Part shown: positions 50,340-62,573 of the stretch, piece after piece
Layout of the letters: each line of letters opens with the position of its first letter
Position numbering within the stretch: position 1 is the first letter of the stretch
Source: Macrostomum hystrix
Taxonomy: Eukaryota; Animalia; Platyhelminthes
DNA length: 64,000 nt
NCBI GenBank assembly: GCA_950097015.1
Contig: CATNEN010000038.1
Coordinates: 14,384,001 to 14,448,000, forward strand
Direction of reading: 5' to 3'
Notes under the pieces: generated by a model
What the model was told of the DNA's origin: nothing
Database searches by the model: none
The model's input: only the letters and a program-made list of their open reading frames with translations
Made by a program: the position numbers and the translations under genes

Positions 50340-50663
50340 GGATGCGGTAGGGGAAGAACATCTGGTAGGGGAAGAGGATGCGGTAGGGGAAGATGATGTG
50401 GTAGGGGAAGAGGATCGGTAGGGGACGAGGATACTGTAGGGGAAGAGGATATAGAAGGGGAAGAGGATGTGGTAGGGGAAGAGGATGCGGTAGGGGAAGA
50501 GGATCTTTAGGAGAAGAGGATCTGTAGGTGAAGAGGATGTGGTAGGGGAAGAGGATGTGGTAGGGGAAGAGGATGTGGTAGGGGAAGATAATGCGGTAGG
50601 GGAAGAGGATGTGGTAGGGGAAGAGAATGCGATAGGGGAAGAGGATGTGGTAGGGGAAGAGGC
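50340..50663. repeat. Purine-rich 18-bp minisatellite (GGTAGGGGAAGAGGATGT)
   Basis: A shortened derivative of the 24-bp unit. Confidence 0.9.
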
Positions 50664-51619
50664 TGCTGAAGAAGATTTTGTGGGAATTTTAAGATATCCA
50701 TTTTAGTTGCCAAGCGTTAATTCAACCAAAAAAGGCAAAGACCAAAAACGTGACCGACCGCTCATATAGTCTGTTGAAGCGGTAGCCCTCGCTGCTAAAT
50801 TGGTTAGTTCTGGCATCTGTTTCTCTTGAGATTTTCGCGAGTCACTTAGAAACGTGTCACGGCCAATAGGTTGAAACGCGTGGGGCCAACACTCGGCAAC
50901 AGCGGATGCAAGCAGCGTGACTGACCCTGACAGTTGGCCTTCTGAAACCCGCAGACTTTCCCTGTACCTTGAAGTTCGCTTTCACTGCCTCCAATCTAGA
51001 TTAGCTCTTTAAGCCCTCGCGAGAGCGTGCGTTGGCTCGGAAGATGAAAGAATTTCCCTATCAAAATCTGATATCGCCTTCGACATTCCTGCTGGCATCA
51101 ATTTTTAACTTTAGAATGAGTTAGGGAAGAAATTCCCATTGAAAAGATGGGATGTGCCAGTCTTTCCTAAAAGAGCCTCTTTTGTTGTTGATCGGTCGAA
51201 TTCGTTTTAGTGAAATCAAGTTTCCATTTCCAATCAACTTTTATTTGATCTTTTGTATTGCGTGATGAACTGGCAATTCTGATCACGAGCCTGGGAAAAA
51301 CTTTCTAGTTTGATTTGGCTCAGTAAATACCTAAATTTCATAAACTCCCAACATTTCTGAAATCGTGAAACTTTAGAAATCCCAAAATTAGAAAACTTAG
51401 AAAACGCAAAAATAAAGTATCCTAAAACTTGATGAATCCAAAAAAATAAGAAATCAAAAAGTTTAGAAATCAAAATAGTTTTACACTTCCCAACAATTCG
51501 AGAATCTCCAAACATCACATAAACTAGTTCATAGCTTTGTAACACAACTTATAATTTATTAGATTTGCAACACAACTACTTAAAGTAGTTTATTCGACTA
51601 AGTTCACTACGAGTTTACT

Positions 51620-51813
51620 GGTGGTAGCCTAGTGGTTAAGAGCGTTAAATGGTTAAAAGCGCCAGACCTACTCGTACAAATTGAAGGTTGGGGGCTCCGG
51701 GAACAACTAGTGAGAATTATCTGTTGCTTCAGTTCACCCAGCTGTTAAATGGGTACGTACCAGCATCAGCTGGGATAACTGAGGGTGGGTGTGGTGTCCC
51801 CCAGTCCATGGAC
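51620..51813 (+). mobile_element. SINE family 1 degenerate copy
   Basis: A box GTAGCCTAGTGGTT; body shared with 50208-50335. Confidence 0.6.
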
Positions 51814-52267
51814 TTTCACTTAATAAAACTTTATGAAGTGTCCTTTAAAAGTCTGCACCAGTTTGAACAGGATTTTATTCGCAACTTTTATTGCCATACA
51901 GTTTTCATGCAATATAGATATATTCCTATTCATGTTAATATAGATAAGATAATAAAATTACAGAGTCACAACTCCCGCTGTGTTCCTTGTTAGTAATCTT
52001 TAAGTACGAGCTAATAGTGGAGTTGCTGTTTTGTTAACTTAAAACTTGTGGTGTAGTGGTGTAAACAAGCGAGGGCTGAGCGCTTTGATAGGGGGGAGTT
52101 TTAAGTTAACTGACTGCCTCAAATGGGTAAGCTGAATGATTGAGAGCAGTTCTTAGGTGGAAAGATAAGTAAGTAGCTTTGATTCAAAATAGAATAGATA
52201 TCACATCGGGTCACATGCTGCGAAGTCCCGAATATTTAGACAAATTATCCTCTGAAGCCGAGCTCAG

Positions 52268-52626
52268 GTCTCTTCTGACCCGTGCGCCTCCTCTGATCAA
52301 TGCGTCTCTTCTGACCAATACGTCTCTTCTGACCAATGGCCGTCTCTTCTGACCAATGCGTCTCTTCTGACCAATGCGTCTCTTCTGACCAATGGGTCTC
52401 TTCTGACCAATGGGTCTCTTCTGACCAATGCGTCTCTTCTGACCAATGCGTCTCTTCTGACCAATGCGTCTCTTCTGACCAATGCGTCTCTTCTGACCAA
52501 TGCGTCTCTTCTGACCAATGCGTCTCTTCTGACCAATGCGTCTCTTCTGACCAATGCGTCTCTTCTGACCAATGCGTCTCTTCTGACCAATGCGCCTCCT
52601 CTGACCAATGTGTGTCTCTTGATCAA
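52268..52626. repeat. 18-bp minisatellite (TCTCTTCTGACCAATGCG) with CCAAT in most units
   Basis: Tandem periodicity of 18, about 19 units. Confidence 0.95.
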
Positions 52627-53794
52627 TATACTAACCCATGTTCTGAATAATGTCCTACTTCGCCACTTTAGACCAGTGTTCTTCAGTCGCTTTAAACAAA
52701 CGAACTTTAGACACTGAAGAAATACAATGCACAGTTAATCATTATTTATTACTTTAATTAATGCTAAATAAGGCTTGCAAAACACAGGACTTGCCGAGAG
52801 TTTAAACTTTACTTTAAGAGTCACACCAGATGTGAAAGTTCAGTGATAGTAGTCCAGCAGTGTTCTTCATGAATTTAAGTCACCTTTCGTGTCATACCTA
52901 AATGACCACGAGTTTCTGTCACATAAAGTTTCTCGAAAAGATTCCTGCAGTGCACTCTATTCACTACATGCATACTGCAAACTTTGCCTGTACTTCAGAT
53001 GTAGCTTCAGTCACGCGCAATGAGCTTGTATTCTGTGCATGAGTTTTCTGTACTGATTTCATCTCCAGTTGGGCATTGTTTATGTTCTAGTTTAGTTGAC
53101 TGAATGCAATAAAACTCCACTGGCCTGCTTTGTGCTTGCTTTCCAAATAGACTTTCTAACAATGAAGGTCACGTCTGTACAGTGAGATTCTAAAAGACGT
53201 AATTAAGAGGCAATCTATTTTTAGAACCACATCTCTCTGGTTGGATTGTATTATTGCTCAGCAGGCCACTGCTCGCCTAGCCACCTCCGCCAATGTTGGA
53301 GGTGTCCACCCATTCAGCTCATGGAGCGAATAGAATTAGCGAGTAGCAAGGTTTTGGCGGGCATGTTGCTGTCCTACGAGCCTACTAACAAAACTCGTTT
53401 GTCGGCAGTTCGCCAGAGGGGGTTGCGCGGAGGAATGGAGGAGGGGACTTGAGAACACGGCCACCCGAAAGCTCACCCTAGCCCTATTTAATATTATGCT
53501 AGCTGGCCAGCTATTATAGGAACTACCCTGGGAAAGAGAAGATTTTCCATTGTGAGAAGCCAAGAGCTGTCGAGTGGTAGACATAGACGAGTCGAAGCTA
53601 ACAAACTGTAGTTTTTTTACGTCTCTTCCTTTTTTTAAGTCCTGTTGTTGGAATCGACACCCACTCCCTCATTGTTAAACGGCCTGTTCTGCTGCAGCTG
53701 CACTGAGCGTTTTTTACACTGTCGTTTCTATTTTTCTCGTTGCCAACCATCCTGCCGAGTTTTTCTCTATTTAAGCCACAAACTGCACTAAGCA

Positions 53795-56700
53795 ATGAGC
53801 ACTTATGCAGATCAGGGTGAGGCAACCAGCTTTTTCAAAGCCATGCAGGAATTCGATGACATCGACGCCGACTGGGACGAAGCCGACCAGGCGACCGAAT
53901 CGCGTCCGATTTCTAGGAAAAGTGACGCATCTCGGGTGCAGCTGGCGCCGCCTCCGCAGTCGCCATCAGCTCTGCAGGAGGACGAGAAGAGCCTTATTAA
54001 AGGTGAGCACTATTTTGTTATTTCTTTTTTGTTAGCACTCTGAGCAGCATACGCTCATTCCGATGTATTTTTAGATTTGGACCCTAACTTTAAGTACATT
54101 TTTTATTCAAACAGCGGTATCCCGAATCCCAACAGCTGCACCTTGAATCCTAATTCAATGAGACCTAGGATCTCTAATACATGAGGCAGTGGAGACAGCT
54201 GTACCGGGAATCCCAACACTTGTACCTTAATTAAGATTTCTATTACCAAGAACCGACATTAGTCTCAGAATAATAATTAAGCAATAAAATATATTGAAAC
54301 CTCATGTACATCTCTCGCTAACCAACTCCACTGACTGCCCTATGAATTTCTTTGAATTTGCGAAAGATTCTGCAACTTGGCTCTTGGCCAATCAAAAGAT
54401 TCAAGCTAGAAATACATCTAGACGATGCCCTGAAGATAGCTAGCTAATAAAAATTGACTTGTTCAACATGTACATAATCCTAGCGTAGAAAATGTGACCA
54501 GCGATGTAATAAAAATCTGTACCCTGGGTCAGGGGAATGTTTTATCAAAGCAAAACGATCTTTTTTGCGAACATGCCTGCTTAAACCACTTTTTAAAATA
54601 TTCTCTTTTACGAGGCGTATAAAAAAATTAGTGATTTTAAACCAGCTCAAAAAAGCGAATGGCTTCTACGAGTATGTTCCAGAAGGAAGATCTCAAAGGT
54701 GAGTACGAGTGCACCAGCGTGCTAAAATTCTCAATGAATTGCGCAATAGATTTAATGAAAGCCAATGTGAAGCTTTTACCATTAAGCTAATAGACGTGAC
54801 CTTTAGTGTAACTTTTGTATTCTTTTAGGTTCATTGCGTTCAACAAAACAGCTAATTAGTGTGGTGAAAAATTCCGCATTAATTCTATTTGACCTTAATA
54901 CTCGTATAAATACGGTTTTTTGCAAATTGTCAGTCTGCTTAAAAATAGCTGGCTAGCAAGATTAATTAGCACCTGGAAGTAGAATTCTATTTGATATTAA
55001 ATGACTAGTATTAACTAACTTACCCTGTGGTTCGAGATATGGCATATATAGGAGAGAAAGGAGAAGAATAGGGAGAGAAATAAGGGGGAGAAACGAGGGG
55101 AGAGAGATGAGAGAGATGAGGAAAGAGAAAAAAGAAAAGAAACAAGCTAGAGTCTCCTCTCCCATCATCGTAAAATTCCCTCTCGCTCCTCACTGCATGC
55201 CATGATCTCATCGATTTTCCATCCAGATGCAGCGGACCTCCCAAGCGATGAGGCTACCTTGGCGCTCCGCAAGCCATCGTCGGCAGGCTCTGACTCTGCT
55301 CCCGGTCGGTGCGGCTTCTGGCGCTTGAAATGCGACGCCATCCAGAAGCTGAACCAGTTCGAGCTGTTCCTGGTCCTCCTGACACTGGACGGTCTGGTTG
55401 TCGGCATGCAGGGCGCTCTGAAGTCGGCCCTCTTGACAAAACTTGAGCACCGATTCGGCCTGGACTCGACCACCTCCTCGCTCATCGTGTCGGCCAATGA
55501 CATGGTCTTCCTGCCCAGCGTTCTGCTGGTGTCCTACTTCGGCTCGCTCGGCCATCGACCTCGCCTTCTGGCGCTGAGCTGCTTCGGCTACGGCATCGCC
55601 GGGCTACTGTTCGCCATGCCCTACTTCCTATTTGGCCCGCTGGTGACGCCGGCCGACGATCCCAGCATGGCTAATCAACAGCTGGGCTACACCTGCCCGG
55701 CTTCTGGCTTCAATACCAGCTTCGCCTATGCGGCAACCCGTGCTACCGACTCGATTGCCGCGGACGCCTTAGTGCAGTCCAGAACCGCCCTGGCACTGTT
55801 TATGATTGGCGGCTTCATTGAGGGCATCTCGTCGGCGCCGTTCTGGAATCTTGGCGTGGCTTTCATCGATGACGTCACCGGCGATTTGTCGGGTGTTTTC
55901 ATTGGTCTAATTATTGCGGCAAGGCTGCTGTCGCCGACGCTGGCATATCAGCTCTATGGCAAGGTGGGTCGTCAATTCAACAATTTAATTAGCCAACCCA
56001 ATAGGGCTGAGCGGCAGAGCAGTCTAACTCATTTACCTCCCGCACCAAGGACCCGGAGCTCGATTCCGCGGCGAGGCCACATTCATTTTGCGCGCAGCCG
56101 TGGAGGGAGAAGGCTTAGGGGCTTGTCATACAGTTTACGCCATTGAGGGCCAACCTCCAAGGCACAGTGAAGTGTACTCTGTCTAATCATGAGACAGTCA
56201 AGGCAGACACACTTGTGCAATTGTGTGCCTGCGTACACCTTATTTGCGTTTGTGCTCAGGAGTCGAAATTGGCAGAAATTGACAGAGTCGAAATTGCCTC
56301 CTCGCTGGCTGCGGTTCTAGTGTCACCAAATGATGTGCTATTGCCCGCAAATTTATAAACTGTATTTTAACTTCGTAGGTGTTTGTCCGCCTAAGCGAGA
56401 CACTAATACCGTCTGAGCCGCGCCAGCGGGCCTCGCCCTTCTACATCCCGGCCTGGTGGTTGGGCTTTGTCTGCATCGGCGTCGCTGCGGTGGCTATCAG
56501 CGTGCCGATGGCGATGTTCCCCAAAAAGCCGTACTTCAATGGCGAGAAGTACCGAGCGGCCGTTGGCGGTGACGACACGGACGGGGAGGCCCAGCGGCCT
56601 AGCCTATTCTGTCGCTTGATTCGCCGCATCAACCGTAAGCGGGCAGCTGCGGCGCAGGCTCGACGCGCAGCTGGTCGCCTGGCCTCTGAAACCAGCAGGC

Positions 56701-59503
56701 AGCCAGTTGAGCGAGCCGTCGGCAGTCTGCGCGGGTTCCTAGAGGCTATTAAACGGTTGCTTAGCAACCCGGTGTACGTGTTCCTGCTGCTTGGCAACCT
56801 GTTTGAATTCATGGAGATCAACTGCATCATTGCCTACATGCCGAAATACCTGGAGATGCATTTCCGTATCGGCAGCGGAGACGCTTCCATGCTCACGGGC
56901 ATTGCAGGACCCGGTGCCAACGTCATCGGCATTCTCATCAGCAGCGCCATCGCCTCCCAGGTGGACTGGCGGGTGCCCCAGCTGGCCAAGTTTCACGCCT
57001 GCGTGAACGTGTTCGGCATCCTGGCCGCTCTAATTGGATTCTTCTTCACCTGTCCGCCGGTGTCTTTCATTGGCGGCTTGCCAGAGAACAGGTAGGTGAT
57101 GCCACTTGGCAGTTGATGGACTTTGAAAGAATTCAAGTCAGGATTTGTCCAATGTAGTAAATGCACTTTTTTTTCGCGAACTCCAAATTGATTCGTTACT
57201 GACCACCGCAGCACCTTCGTGCCTGACTGCCTAGCCGGCCTCGGCCCAATGAGACAGTCGCCGTTCTCCACTGGCTGCAGTTGCAACTCCTCAACATTCA
57301 AGCCGCTGTGCATTGACGGCCTGAACTTCTACAGCCCCTGTGCTGCCAACTGCTACATGGTAAGTCACTTCTTGAGGATAGTCGAAAATCGAAACTGACT
57401 ACTCTTAGTAGAGTTGCATAACCGCGGTCATAAGTTAAGAAGTGCTTAGTTTAGCCCGGTGGTAAATAATAATATCAATAAGTGCTGGAGGCTGCGGGAA
57501 ATGGCATATCACTTCTATTATACTAAAAATGAAAATCTTTGTCTATTCTAAAACTGAAACCAGCGAGGAGGCAGTTCTGAGCACAGTAAGCACACGATCA
57601 CACAGGTGCGTACATCTGCCCTGGCTTTCTCATCGTCAGGCAGTGTACACTTTCACTGTGCTTTGGAAGTTAAACCCTCAAGGGCGTAAATTGCACGACA
57701 AGCCCCCAGCCTTCTCACCACGGCTGCGCCCCAAATGAATGTGGCCTCGACGCGGAATCGAGCTCCGGGACCATTTAGCGAGAACAAAACGCGTTAGACT
57801 GCCTGCCACTCACCCCCTCTAGACTAGAGTTTAGACGAACTAGAAAAACGTTCCCTAAGATTTTGAGCTATTTTAACCCTGAAGTGTTTAAACAACCGCG
57901 TGTTCGAACCCCCAGAGCCGCAGCAATGTGTCCTGCAGCTGCGCTGTCAACGGCACGGCCGCCTCCGCGGTGACAACCAACTTCCCGCTGGGCCAGCTGC
58001 GCGAGCGCGCCGGTCAGCTGTGCTCTGACGAGTGCACCAGCACGGTCTATATCTACCTGGTCCTGTTCGTGCTCATCAAGCTGGTGCGCCTGAGCGCTCG
58101 ATCTCAGGAGGCGGTGCTGCAGATGCGCTGCGTCCGGCCCAAGGATAAAGCTCTCGGCTTGGGCGTCAATTCGTTTGCGTTCAGCATGGGCGGTGAGGAT
58201 TTGGGTGGCTTTTTGGTGCTATTAAGGGGGTACTGGCTGTCTTAGGGGGTCGGTGGCAGAGCGGTTATCACGTTTGCCTCTCGCACCACGGTCCCTAAGT
58301 TCGATTCCACGGCGAGGCCACATTTATTTGGGACGCAGTCGCGGAGAGAAGGCTTGGGGGCTTGTCGTGCAATTTACGCCCTTTAGGGCCAACCTCCAAT
58401 GCACAGTGAAATATACACTGCCTGACGATGAGAAAGTCAGGGCAGAGGTACACACCTGTGTGGATTCTCCCCGGAATCGAGTCCAGGGACCTTGTTGCGA
58501 GAGGGCAAACACACATTAACCGCTCTGCCACCAAACCCCAGCAAAAAGCAAGGGAAAAATGTGCACAAAAAAAGACTCATAACTACGAAAAAAGTTTAAA
58601 TCTTGAATCAGTTATTGCAGAATTCTGTTAATTTTTATGACTCCATTTTAGGGAGTAAGTGGCAGAGCGGTTCTAACACGTCTGCCTCTCGCACCAAGGT
58701 CCTGAGCTCGATTCTGCGGCCAGGCCACATTAATTTGGCGCACAGACGCAGAGAGAAGACTTGGGTGCTTGTAGTGCAATTGAGGGCCAACCTCCAAGGC
58801 ACAGTGAGAGTGTACACTGCACGGCGATGAGAAATTCAGGCCAGATGTACACACCTGTGTGAGCGAATGCCTACATGCGCACGGAATATGCGTGCGTGTG
58901 TGCTCAAGAGTCAGCTGAATGAGCAGAATTGACTCCTGGCTGGCTACAAGTCTAGTGCCACCAAAAATGTGCCATTGCCTGCAGCCCTCCTATGAATGTT
59001 ATTTTTACATTGTCACTCTATTTTACATTGAAATAAGAATGCTTTTAGCACGCAGAAGTAAGAGTTTCGGGTGTCTAACCGAAGTATTTCAAGCGCCGTG
59101 CCATCGATATTGCTGCACATGTCGCCGACGTGGGCTAGGTGTAGTTTAAACCCTACAGTTTCTCCTAAAACGCACACCCGCAGGCATCTGGGTGCCCACC
59201 TTCGTCGGCTTCCTGTTCAGCAAGGCCTGCAAGCTGGAGCAGGAGACAGAGTCCGGCACCAGCTGCCTGTTCTACGACACGGAAAAGTTCCGGTACTCCT
59301 TCGTCGGCTTCACAACGGCCGCCCTGGTGCCCGCCTGCACATTCTTCTTCCTGGCCTGGTACTACACCGAGCGGGATCCGAAGTACACGGACATGGCCTC
59401 GAGGCGCGGCACGGTGGAGCTGCAGATGTCCGATCCGGCCGCGCGGCGATCATCGGCCAGAGCTGCCCTGACTGCAAACGGCAACGGCGAGGTGGATTCT
59501 TGA
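53795..59503 (+). CDS. Organic anion transporting polypeptide (SLCO/OATP), about 800 aa; exons 53795-54002, 55227-55963, 56379-57091, 57212-57359, 57916-58192, 59184-59503
   Basis: Motifs LTKLEHRFGLDS, LVSYFGSLGHRPRLL, PAWWLGF signature, LLSNPVY, YMPKYLEMHF, Kazal-like CSCNSSTFKPLCIDGLNFYSPCAANC and MRCVRPKDKALGLG. Intron phases 1,0,2,0,1 are consistent. Confidence 0.93.
56003..56350 (+). mobile_element. SINE family 2 copy in SLCO intron 2
   Basis: Near full-length match to the other copies. Confidence 0.85.
57470..57817 (-). mobile_element. SINE family 2 copy in SLCO intron 4
   Basis: Reverse-orientation match to the other copies. Confidence 0.85.
58245..58540. mobile_element. SINE family 2 (+) 58245-58461 fused to an inverted head fragment (-) 58462-58540
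   Basis: GGGGTCGGTGGCAGAGCGGTTA at the left end; TAACCGCTCTGCCACCAAACCCC at the right end. Confidence 0.8.
58650..59005 (+). mobile_element. SINE family 2 copy in SLCO intron 5
   Basis: A/B-box head, body and 3' stem are present. Confidence 0.85.
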
Positions 59504-59619
59504 AGCAAATGTACTCTAAATGCGCCCTCTTAACTTACTATCTCTGAGCAGCTTCAAATCGAAAGGTTTTCTGTTGGCGTTCATATACAATGCATGCATG
59601 GACTAAAAACTAACAATTA

Positions 59620-60100
59620 TAGTATCGATGCTTGCAGGAGGGTTGTGGGCACTGGACATCATTTAGTGACAGCTAGCGAGATAGATGCATTTTGCCCAAG
59701 TGTGAACGCAAGTGTGTACATATGCAATGACTTTCTTATCGTCAGGGAGTATAAACTATCACAATGATCTCTTGGGGCTGACCGTCGTCGGCGTGAATTG
59801 CACAAGAAATTCACAAGCCTCAAGTTTGAAGGCTGAAGTTCCTACCCTTACTGAACTTTCCCTATCCTCACAAAAAATTTCTGTTTTTTCTTAAATTGAC
59901 CATTTCTTTGGCTATTAATAAATTTTCAATTGGAACTGAATAGAAAGTTAAGAATCGATTAACTGCCTGACTGAGCCCCAAATGAATGTGGTTTCTCCCC
60001 AGAATCGAGCCAATGGCTACTAGCACAATCCCTGGGATCAAATAACCCTGGGAACTTGGTGTGCAAGAGGCAGACACTCTACAATACGGCGGTCTCACTA
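59620..60100 (-). mobile_element. Old, interrupted SINE family 2 copy
   Basis: Degenerate matches include GCAGGAGGGTTGTGGGCA, TGACTTTCTTATCGTCAGG and CCCCAAATGAATGTGG. Confidence 0.55.
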
Positions 60101-61657
60101 AATTTTCTTCGCAGCGTTAATCCGACACAATAAAAGTACAACTTTAAAGTCACTTGTAAGACTTACAAGTTTTAAAAAGTCCTGAAAATAATGAAGTACC
60201 TTCTTAATTGAGACTACATTAATCAAAATCATTATCAAATTTCTAAATATCTTCTCAAATAACGTCTGTATGTTATCATTATTATTATTTATTATTTAAA
60301 CGCGCACGTTTCTATGGGTGCTGATTTTGTAATATTTTTTTGATAAGTTAAATTATATTATCGAATAAACAAAAAATGGAAAAAATCGATTTGTTGGTAA
60401 GGGAAGCGAGTTACAAAAAATGAGAGTAAAAAACGCAAAGGACAACATGAATCTAATCATATATAATACTTGTGATAATTATTTAAATGCAGGGCAGCTC
60501 TCATTTCAAATATTTCTATGATGTACTCTGCTAGTGCTTTAGTGGTTTCCCTGTCGTCTTGTGCCATTGTGTAATTAGATTTTTCTTCTGCTGTTAGGGA
60601 CATGAAATTCGCTACAATAAGCAGGTGTACGTGCTATAATAAGCTTCAAACATGCGAATATCTCACTGCAGTGTTATGATCGACATCTGACAGTTTTTTA
60701 ACGGCTCAATAAAATCCTTGATTCATTCTGTAAATGTTAAATTCATTTTTATCAAACTTGCTTTTTCAAATGCTACATGTATTTATAACAGCTCATCAAA
60801 TACTTGATCTAGCTATAATCTGTTAGCCCACTGATTAGGATAATTCCTGTTTGAACGCAGCTTGCTCATTGAAGATTTTTCGGCAGTTAACAGCTGCAGC
60901 TTTGCATAAACATAATTCATTCTCTTTATTTTTGGAAACAATGCAAATATGCACAACGTAGGCGAATTTAGGGAACTAAGCAATTAATAATTGACTAATT
61001 AAACAGTCATAGGTAATTATGAGCTTGACTGACAGCTGCAATTGCACTTCTGCGGACTGTACTTTTACCACATTCTAGTTCTTTCCTAGTACCGGTTCCA
61101 GTTAAGCTACGGTGCCCAAAGAATAATCAGTTTGAGTTGACTCAATTGAGATGGCTATAGAGAATTATTTATAGCACTCGTTCCACTTGCATTCCTCAGT
61201 GTTTGAATAAAAGCCACAAGATTTAGGGCAAGAGCCGCTCCTCACTAATGAGAACAGTGTCGCGTCTCAAAGATGAGAATGCAGCTGATCTATAGACTAG
61301 TTATTTGTAGTGCTCTTGTCGTTACCTCATTAGCTTCCCTGTGTCCAACTAATTTCCCAACCCTACTCGCAGACAATGATAGATTGCATTGTATATTGTT
61401 CCATACAAGTGCATTGTATGTACACTTTCACTCAGCGCGCAGTCATTATTCCACACTTTTGCGGCCATTATTCCACACTTTTCAAGTGCCATTAATCCAG
61501 ACTTTCCTCCTGACCATAGACTAAACGTTGCTCGCTATGTTGTCTGCAGAGGCTACTTGGGCCATAGACAGAAAACTTGCAATATGGATGTCTATTTCTC
61601 ATCACTCTTGACATGTTAAGGGACGCGTTTTTGTAGCTTCCCACTCCTGCGAACGAA

Positions 61658-61960
61658 ATGCCGGCGCTTATCAATTGGAAAAATCTACCGGTCGACGCGC
61701 TAAACGGTGTCAAGATGGACGAGCTGCAACTTTTGTCGGAGATAAGCATGCATGGAGAACATAACGATGACCAGGCCCTGAGTGATTTCATTAAGTGGCT
61801 TGAGAACGATCATGGCACTGAAGAACTGCCCGAACTTCCGGAGGTGGCGGGCGACGACATGGACCTGAGTTCGAGAATGGATGGCGTAGAAATTCAGTCA
61901 CTGCCAAAGTCAACTGTGGACCAGATGAATCGGCATGGGCAGGCTTTCGTGAAGTTTGTG
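61658..61960 (+). pseudogene. Possible N-terminal fragment of a Crypton (tyrosine-recombinase DNA transposon)-type protein
   Basis: An acidic leader is followed by SLPKSTVDQMNRHGQAFVKF, reminiscent of the first helix of the Crypton/KCTD1/ZMYM core-binding domain. Coding character is lost after about 61960. Confidence 0.35.
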
Positions 61961-62573
61961 CATGCTTTCGTGCATGCATTTTTCTATTTTGCATTCATTT
62001 GCTTGCTCGTAGGCTCTTTTAGCTTGCAGAAAGCGACATTCATCCATGCATTAAATAACCATGAACACAAAACCATTAAGTGGCTTTTTTCCTGTCTCAA
62101 ACAGCTTCTGCTCCAACGGTTATTACTCAGTGTGCGAGCAGAGGAGGCACTCCTTCGCCGCCTCTGGGCCCTCCATTTTCAATCGTCAAACTGATATTCA
62201 AATCGACGCTGCCAATGTCCATGCACTGCAGCTGGGACTCGCTTACACTGCGCTCAGCTGTGCCGAAACAGCCTTGACTGCAAGGCCTTCCTCTAGAAGA
62301 CAACTCAAGCCAGGTGCCACCACATCAACTTCGCGCTGGCTTCGATTGAGGCCGAGTTCAACTCGACTGACTGGGAGATGTTTGTTCGCTGAGCGCTGAA
62401 AATGCCAGTATAAGTAAGAAAGTAAGTAAGTAAGAAAAGGGCAGGCAGGTAGGAGGGCTTTTCCATAAAAATACTTTAATTAATGCATAACTGATTAGGC
62501 TTTAACTTTTTTGGACGGATCTAGACTTAAAAACATACTCTTTTGTCACAAAGGCGCCTCAGAGCGTGTCCTA

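Noticed and set aside
48118-50713. 600-aa Pro/Ser/Thr/Leu ORFs
   Set aside because: The pyrimidine strand of the purine array has few stops; frames switch with the 23/24-bp units.
52297-52650. RRDALV / SSDQCV repeat ORFs
   Set aside because: 18-bp minisatellite translations.
58416-58446. Hammerhead ribozyme in SINE family 2 (CTGACGA...GAAA...GTC)
   Set aside because: There is no stem II or III and stem I does not close; the segment folds better as a simple hairpin.
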